A stretch of DNA of 61,501 nt, filler included, from Candidatus Fermentibacterota bacterium (GTDB taxonomy: Bacteria > JAFGKV01): the NCBI GenBank assembly GCA_016928395.1. It is 7 parts of 7 records of this genome, joined end to end, with 100 filler letters (N's around TTAATTAATTAA, not from the genome) between each part and the next. Parts side by side here need not be neighbours in the genome. Positions count along the whole stretch, not along the records: positions 54,460 to 61,501 come from JAFGKV010000289.1; 6 more parts are not named here. One strand, given 5' to 3'. Of the stretch, positions 55,680-61,501 are shown piece by piece (position 1 is the first letter of the stretch; each line of letters begins with the position of its first letter). The position numbers were made by a program, and so were the translations under genes. The notes under the pieces were generated by a model. The model did no database searches. It was not told the origin of the DNA and saw only the letters and a list, made by a program, of their open reading frames with translations.

Positions 55680-58600
55680 CTACCGCCCCAGTGCCGACTC
55701 CACTGCGGCCTTCAGCTTGTCCATCGTCACCGGTTTCTGGAGCCAGCCGACACATGCCGACGGCAGTCTACGGCGTGAGGCTTCATCCAAAGGATACCCG
55801 GTCACCACCAGCACCTTCACCGACGGATCCATGACCACCAATTGCTCCAGCAGGGCGATGCCGTCCATTCCGGGCATGGCAATGTCCGTAAGGACAAGGT
55901 CGATCTCCTCGGCGTGGTGCCGGTAGAGATCGATCGCCTCAGGCCCGGCTGAGGCCGAACGCACCGCATACCCCAGTTGCTCCAAGAGGGCGATACCCAC
56001 CTCAAGGACCGCGGTCTCGTCTTCCACAAGCAAGACCGTGTTTCCCCCTTTCTCCGCCCTCCCCTGGTCGGGGTGATCCCGCTCGGGCTGAGGCACGGCT
56101 GCCAGCAAAGGAAGATAGACCGCGCAGGTGGTTCCCTGGCCGATGCCGGTGGCGACCTCGATATATCCATCGTGCTGACGCACCAGCCCATAGGCCTGGG
56201 CCAGGCCAAGACCCCGACCTTTGCCGACGTCCTTGGTAGTGAAATAGGGTTGGAACAGCCGGGGCAAGTGTTCCGGAGGAATGCCGTTCCCCGTGTCGGA
56301 AACGCGCAGAATCGCCCAGTTTCCCGGGGACATTTCGGGTCGGGGGACCTGGTGCTCATCGAGAAGAGCGGTGGCCAGATCGATACGAACATCCCCGCCG
56401 CGGGGCATCGCGTCCCGGGCATTGAATGCCATGTTCAGGATGACCCGTTGAAGCTGCTCGGCACTGCCGCTCACCCAGCAGGGCTCCGCAGGATATTCCA
56501 CCGACACCCTAATCTGACCGGGCATAGCCGACCCTAGCCGCCTGCCTGCCTCCGCCACCACGATAGAAAGGTCTATCGTGGAGCGATCCAGCAGAGACTG
56601 CCTCGTGTAGTCGAGTATCTGCCCCACCAGCTCCGCACCCCGTTGCCCCTGCTCCGCGATGCTCCTGATCTTCTCTACGGCCGATGGCGTGAGGCTGCTA
56701 TCCCGCAGCAGAAGATGGGAATACCCTATGACACCTGAGAGAATATTGTTGAAATCGTGGGCGATTCCTGCGGCAAGCTTGCCGATAGCCGCTACCCTTT
56801 CCGTCTCCTCTATCCTTTGCCGGGCGGCACGTTCATGGGTCACCTCCCTGATGACGAACACCCATCCCTGGCTGTCCAAAGGCCGCACCGCCAGTTCGAA
56901 CCTGCGGTCGCCGCCCTTGGAGACAAACTCGTGCCACGTTCCCGGAGGTGTGGAGACCACTTCAGCCAGGAGATTGCTACCCAGTTGATCCCGAGAGTCG
57001 CTGTCGAACTCCGTCAGTGCTGCCAGGTATTCCTGTGCGGCCAGGTTGGCCAGTAGGATGCGCAGGTTCTCGTCGGCCAATACCACGCCATCGGGCACAG
57101 TGTCCATAATTCGGTGGATCTGTTCTGTTCCCTTCTGCGTCTCCTGCAGGAGCCTTTCGCGCTCCTGTTCCTCACGCTTACGTTCCGTGATATCGGTGAA
57201 CACGGCGATAGTGCCAGCAAACTCGCCCGCCTCCAGCAGGGGAGAGCCGCTTACGAGAACCCGGACACGGCTGCCGTCCTTGCGGACGATCTCAAGCTCG
57301 TACCGGTCGGTGTCGCCCATGGCCCGGCGACGGTTTGCTTCCTCTACGACGGGGTGTTGGTCGCGAGGAATGACCTCTCTCCAGGGACGACCAACCAGGT
57401 CCTCAGGTTCGTAGCCTAGCAGGGTCGCCGCAGCGGGATTCACATACGTGTAGCGGCCCTCCAAGTCGTCCACCACGATCCCTTCGGCCATGGTCTGTAC
57501 GATGCGCTCATTGAAGCCTCGCAGGCGCTCCAGTTCCTGCTCTGCGAGGATTCGCTCAGTAACGTCGGTGGTGACCACGAAGCGCCCGGTGACCGTCTCA
57601 CCCTCACGACTCAACGAGTAACGATTCTGTACGCAACGGCGGGTCCCATCCTTCCGTCGGATCCAGAAGGTGATCTCCTGAGGATAGACACTCCGAAGCC
57701 GGGCATCCTCGCCGGTGGCGCGCAACCGCTCTAGTTCTTCGGGTGCTGCCAGGTCAGTCCCCTGCATGCAAAGCAACTCGTCCCGGGAATAGCCGAAGAT
57801 CTCGCACGCCCGATCATTGATGTATGCCGTGGTGGAACCCTCGATAATGGTGAGGCCGTCGGCGATGCTGTCGGCCATGCGGCGGAATCGCTCCTCACTC
57901 AGTCTCAGCGTCTCCTGGGAGGCCTGCAGCGAATCCAGCATAGCGTTGATGGCGCGGCCCAGATCGGCCAGCTCATCGGAGCCCCCTGGCCACACGCGGG
58001 CCGACATCGCACCCTTTGTGCCTATGAGCCGTACGGACGCGGCCAGCTTCGACAGCCGCTCCAGCACCAGTTTCTCGGAGACAACCAGACCCAGCAGTGA
58101 GAATGCTATTGCCACGATCCCCAACGCACTCAAATAGTACAGGAGGGCGTGGCGCACCTCGTGGTGGACGGGGCGGGGCATTGCGGCCCGCAGAAGAATC
58201 GTCGGGTAGCCTGAGAGTACGGGAAGATTGGCATACCCGGCAATGGCCCCGGCATGCAGCGGAACGACTCTCCGGGAGTCAGCCGCACCCATCGGTGCCC
58301 CGCCGGCCCACTCTGCGATAAACCCGGAGTCGGCCGGGCTCACCACGCTGACGGTTACGCCGGTTCGCTCGCCGATGGCCCGAAGCAGTCCCGGGCTGAG
58401 CCGACGGCCCACCACCAGCGCAGCCTGGCTGGAGTCCTCATCGGTCGATGGAAGCCGATGAAGGGCAAGCATCGTGGGCTCGCCGTCAACCCACGCGAAT
58501 CCTGCGGCGCTGTGGGTGGCCAATGAGTCGTGGCCGATGAAGCCACGCGAGAGGTCCTCTTGGGGGGAAAGCCGCGGGTGTATGGGAGCCGCCCGCGAAG

Positions 58601-58958
58601 TCAGAGGACTGCGCGCATAGGCCTCAACGATGGTACCCGTCGGAGAAACGACCGCGGCAATCTCGATGCCTCGTCGTTCATTCGTTTGTTCGATCAAGGC
58701 CCGAAGACACGCGGAGCCCGCAGCCCCGGTGAAGCCGTGGCAGTCGCCTCGGGTTGCCCACTCCGCCGCTGTAATGTCCAAATCGGCGAGCTTCTCCTCC
58801 ATAGAAGCCATGACCTCACTCAGCGAGTGCTCGGCCTCCCACCGCTCCACTCGGGCGAAGGATCGCGCCATGACGACATGGGCGATCCCGTATGAGACGG
58901 TCATGATGGCCACGGCCATGAGTCCGATGTAAATGGGGATGGTTCGTCGTATGGTCAT
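55680..58958 (-). CDS. Hybrid sensor histidine kinase (CHASE4-like, HAMP, PAS x2-3, HisKA, HATPase, REC)
   Basis: Two TMs, DELADL..AINAML, PAS ends TDVTER and TDITERK, AGIAHDFNNIL, NARDAM, DTGNG, G.GLGL, LLVED..D..MP.MDG..KP. Confidence 0.93.
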   Translation of the reverse strand: MTIRRTIPIYIGLMAVAIMTVSYGIAHVVMARSFARVERWEAEHSLSEVMASMEEKLADLDITAAEWATRGDCHGFTGAAGSACLRALIEQTNERRGIEIAAVVSPTGTIVEAYARSPLTSRAAPIHPRLSPQEDLSRGFIGHDSLATHSAAGFAWVDGEPTMLALHRLPSTDEDSSQAALVVGRRLSPGLLRAIGERTGVTVSVVSPADSGFIAEWAGGAPMGAADSRRVVPLHAGAIAGYANLPVLSGYPTILLRAAMPRPVHHEVRHALLYYLSALGIVAIAFSLLGLVVSEKLVLERLSKLAASVRLIGTKGAMSARVWPGGSDELADLGRAINAMLDSLQASQETLRLSEERFRRMADSIADGLTIIEGSTTAYINDRACEIFGYSRDELLCMQGTDLAAPEELERLRATGEDARLRSVYPQEITFWIRRKDGTRRCVQNRYSLSREGETVTGRFVVTTDVTERILAEQELERLRGFNERIVQTMAEGIVVDDLEGRYTYVNPAAATLLGYEPEDLVGRPWREVIPRDQHPVVEEANRRRAMGDTDRYELEIVRKDGSRVRVLVSGSPLLEAGEFAGTIAVFTDITERKREEQERERLLQETQKGTEQIHRIMDTVPDGVVLADENLRILLANLAAQEYLAALTEFDSDSRDQLGSNLLAEVVSTPPGTWHEFVSKGGDRRFELAVRPLDSQGWVFVIREVTHERAARQRIEETERVAAIGKLAAGIAHDFNNILSGVIGYSHLLLRDSSLTPSAVEKIRSIAEQGQRGAELVGQILDYTRQSLLDRSTIDLSIVVAEAGRRLGSAMPGQIRVSVEYPAEPCWVSGSAEQLQRVILNMAFNARDAMPRGGDVRIDLATALLDEHQVPRPEMSPGNWAILRVSDTGNGIPPEHLPRLFQPYFTTKDVGKGRGLGLAQAYGLVRQHDGYIEVATGIGQGTTCAVYLPLLAAVPQPERDHPDQGRAEKGGNTVLLVEDETAVLEVGIALLEQLGYAVRSASAGPEAIDLYRHHAEEIDLVLTDIAMPGMDGIALLEQLVVMDPSVKVLVVTGYPLDEASRRRLPSACVGWLQKPVTMDKLKAAVESALGR

Positions 58959-59156
58959 GCCTGCTCCAGGAGAGCCATGCGGAGTTTCGGGCGCGCAGTT
59001 GGGATAGATGCTCACGTCAAGGATGCAGCGGCCGAGACACGCGTCAAGGGAAGGTGATTGCGAGCAGGAGCTACGGGGCTGTCGCGCGTCCACAGGGGAG
59101 TGGCCCAGCCAGGGGCCACTCCCACGGCACACGATCGCCGAGGTGCGGCGCGGGTC

Positions 59157-61106
59157 CTAGTCTATCCGGCCCTCATGGAACAGGTAGGAGTCGCCACGGT
59201 TCTCGGGGCACACGACGCGCACCTCATGCGTTCGGTCCTTCACACTCTCGACAAACTGTGAGTAGACGAACTCCCTGCCGCCGGCATGAGTCGGGATCAT
59301 GACCTTTGGATGCAGCTTCTCCATGGTATACAGAAAGCTCTCACGCAACGGCACCTCGCCGTGGGCGTGACAGCCTGTGACATTACAGAAGGCGAGGTCC
59401 ACCTGCGGCGACAGTGCCGCCAGGTAGTCGATCTCCTGGGTGAACCCCTCGCGCTGACCCTCCGCCCAGCCGGCGTGGTCGCCCGCGTGGTAGATCCCGA
59501 CCCCGTCCACCTCGACGAAGAATCCGACCCCGGGCGCGATGTCATTGGCGCGGATCGTCCTGATCTTCATGCCGCCCAGTTCGCGGACATCCCGCGGGCC
59601 GATGTACTCGTAGGCAGGACCCGAGTACCCTGTTCCACGGTTCTCCGGCAGCTCTTCCGGGCGGAATCCGTAGATGTAGGTCAGGTGCGGGATTGCCTCT
59701 TTCCAGGGGAAGATCTTGGCATCGAAGTGATCGCGGTGCCCATGGGTCACGAAGACGTACACGTCACGATCCCCGATCTCCGCCGGGTTGACATGCCCAT
59801 TGGTGAGCGAGGCGCACGCCGGGTCATCTCCCTCCGAGAAGTAGTCGAAGATGAGGAAGTGGCCGGGCGTCCGGATCGCCCACCCGCAATGCCCCAGGTG
59901 CCATAGTGCCGCCTCACCATTCTTGAGCTTCGACGTGAGGAACCGGGGCGTGCCGTAGTTCTCCTGCAGATCCTTCGCCTTGGCGCCGTGCTTCTTCAGG
60001 AGATCCGCCACATCCTTGTGGCCATACTTGGCGGCATACCACAGCGGTGTTCGTCCTGCAGAATCAAGAGCCTGGACATCGGCATCGTGCTCCATCAGGC
60101 AGACAACCATGTCATGATCGCCTTGGAGCGAGGCGAGGTGGAGGCTCGTGTGGCCGTAATGTGACTCAGCCTTACCCGCCTGCGCCCCGCGGTCAAGCAG
60201 CAGCTCCACGGCCTCCCCGTGCCCCTGCCCGACGGCGATGAGCAATGGCGTGAGTCCCTCCTCATCCTCCATGTCCACGCTCGCCCCCTTGTCGATCAGC
60301 AACCCGCAGAGCTCGGCATGCCCCCTCCTTGCCGCCCAGTTGAGCGGTGTGGCTCCCCACTGATCCCGCGCGTCGACGGGCGCGCCATGTGAAATGAGGA
60401 GATCAGCGATCTCTGTGTGCCCCCCAAAGGCGGCACTGTGAAGAGGGCTGCGCGCCGCTGCAGTATCGCCGGATGCGGAGGCCCCCTTTGCCAGAAACAG
60501 CCCGACCATCTCGAGGTTGCCCCGTTCCGCCGCGACGTTCAGCGCAGCAGCCCCGTTGCCAAGTCGAGCGTTCAGGTCAGCGCCGGCGTCAACGAACAGC
60601 CGCGCCATGCGAGTGTCGCCGCGATAGATCGCCGCCATAAGCGGCGTCAACCCGTCGGATCTGACGGCATCCAGAGGCGCGCCCTTCTCGAGGAGGAGTC
60701 TCACGATGGTGGAGTCACCGCGGAACGCAGCGAAATGGATGGCATTGTTCCCGTTGTTGTCTTGGCGGTCAATGGCGGCACCACGCTCCAGCAAGACACG
60801 AGCGACCTCGGCCTGCCCTTCGGAGGCGGCGACATCGAGGGGTGTGCTGTTGTCTCTGTCGCCGCCATCTATGTCGGCGCCCTTCTCCAGAAGGAACGCA
60901 ACCGCCTGGGCATTCCCCGCCCTGGCCGCGACGTGAAGCGGAAGATCCCCCTGCGCATCGGCGGCACTGACGAGGAGTGGATCCTTCACGAGCAATGCCG
61001 TGAGGCGGGCCATGTCGCCCTGGCTGACCGCATCGTGGATCTCTGCGCCGCGGGCGGGCGTGGAGAGGGCCACCAGAAGAACGAGTAGGAGCATTTGGGT
61101 GCGCAC
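59157..61106 (-). CDS. Secreted ankyrin-repeat / MBL-fold metallohydrolase fusion
   Basis: Signal peptide, 11 ankyrin repeats (TPL..AA..G), then HLGHCG..IFDY, THGHRDH, YHAGD, IPTH. Confidence 0.88.
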   Translation of the reverse strand: MRTQMLLLVLLVALSTPARGAEIHDAVSQGDMARLTALLVKDPLLVSAADAQGDLPLHVAARAGNAQAVAFLLEKGADIDGGDRDNSTPLDVAASEGQAEVARVLLERGAAIDRQDNNGNNAIHFAAFRGDSTIVRLLLEKGAPLDAVRSDGLTPLMAAIYRGDTRMARLFVDAGADLNARLGNGAAALNVAAERGNLEMVGLFLAKGASASGDTAAARSPLHSAAFGGHTEIADLLISHGAPVDARDQWGATPLNWAARRGHAELCGLLIDKGASVDMEDEEGLTPLLIAVGQGHGEAVELLLDRGAQAGKAESHYGHTSLHLASLQGDHDMVVCLMEHDADVQALDSAGRTPLWYAAKYGHKDVADLLKKHGAKAKDLQENYGTPRFLTSKLKNGEAALWHLGHCGWAIRTPGHFLIFDYFSEGDDPACASLTNGHVNPAEIGDRDVYVFVTHGHRDHFDAKIFPWKEAIPHLTYIYGFRPEELPENRGTGYSGPAYEYIGPRDVRELGGMKIRTIRANDIAPGVGFFVEVDGVGIYHAGDHAGWAEGQREGFTQEIDYLAALSPQVDLAFCNVTGCHAHGEVPLRESFLYTMEKLHPKVMIPTHAGGREFVYSQFVESVKDRTHEVRVVCPENRGDSYLFHEGRID

Positions 61107-61304
61107 GGATGGGTCCTTTCCTTGGGGAGAACGAAAAATGCACGCGCGGCACGTACCGCGATCGGGTTCCGCCGACCGGAGGCGGATGAAAGCAAGGGGC
61201 GTGCCGTCGGCAAGGCGCTACAATGACGGAAAATCATCGTGGGAGAACTCGGTATTCGCCCGGACGCGAACGGAGATCGTCCGGTTCTGGACAGAGCCGG
61301 GCCG

Positions 61305-61501
61305 TCACACCAAACGGTATACGTCCATCACGGTCGTATAGAGAAACAGCAGGCCCAAGGCGCCCCATCCGGCCAAGGCCAGGGGAAGCCGGAGCCTGCC
61401 CAGAGGACGATAGACCCGCTGCAGCACGCTCATCACGATGGAGCCTCCATCCAGGGGCGGGACCGGCGCCAGGTTGATGATGGCCAGGTTGACGCTCAGG
61501 A
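61305..61501 (-). CDS. C-terminal end of a site-2 (M50, RseP-like) metalloprotease, cut by the window edge
   Basis: My translation: LSVNLAIINLAPVPPLDGGSIV...YTTVMDVYRLV*; contains the NxxPxPxLDG motif; absent from the ORF track. Confidence 0.85.
   Translation of the reverse strand, partial: LSVNLAIINLAPVPPLDGGSIVMSVLQRVYRPLGRLRLPLALAGWGALGLLFLYTTVMDVYRLV

Overview
The window is not one locus. It is seven contig fragments joined by six identical 100-nt artificial linkers (N44-TTAATTAATTAA-N44), so gene neighbourhoods are only meaningful within a fragment. The DNA is GC-rich and comes from a Gram-negative bacterium (Kdo/heptose LPS genes, TolC, a beta-barrel protein, a FlgD-Ig/T9SS-type C-terminal domain); an uncultured FCB-group-like lineage is my inference only. 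Fragment 1 (1-11405): nucleotidyltransferase, 2-oxoacid dehydrogenase operon (lipoyl ligase, E1a, E1b, E2, E3), an OMP and two SAM methyltransferases. Fragment 2 (11506-30117): interrupted GH31, MFS, MarR-GNAT, S41 peptidase, frameshifted aspartic protease, gene debris, ICMT-like/HEAT fusion, GT-C glycosylation genes, speB, pepA. Fragment 3 (30218-33530): B12 radical SAM and a GT-C. Fragment 4 (33631-43079): LPS core cluster. Fragment 5 (43180-46867): TA module and secreted proteins separated by three copies of one direct repeat. Fragment 6 (46968-54359): RCC1-repeat and tail-fibre-like secreted proteins, second TA module. Fragment 7 (54460-61501): TolC, hybrid histidine kinase, ankyrin-MBL fusion, M50 protease end. 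I saw no rRNA, tRNA, CRISPR array, integrase or intact transposase. The best leads are a recurring unnamed C-terminal domain on secreted proteins (candidate sorting/anchoring tag), the repeat-punctuated cassette-like layout of fragment 5, a set of nested small repeats (REP/REPIN, MITE, heptamer tracts) with one at the GH31 breakpoint, and a single in-frame TGA between a WaaL-like and an ArnT-like gene. All family calls come from motif recognition by eye; no searches were run.
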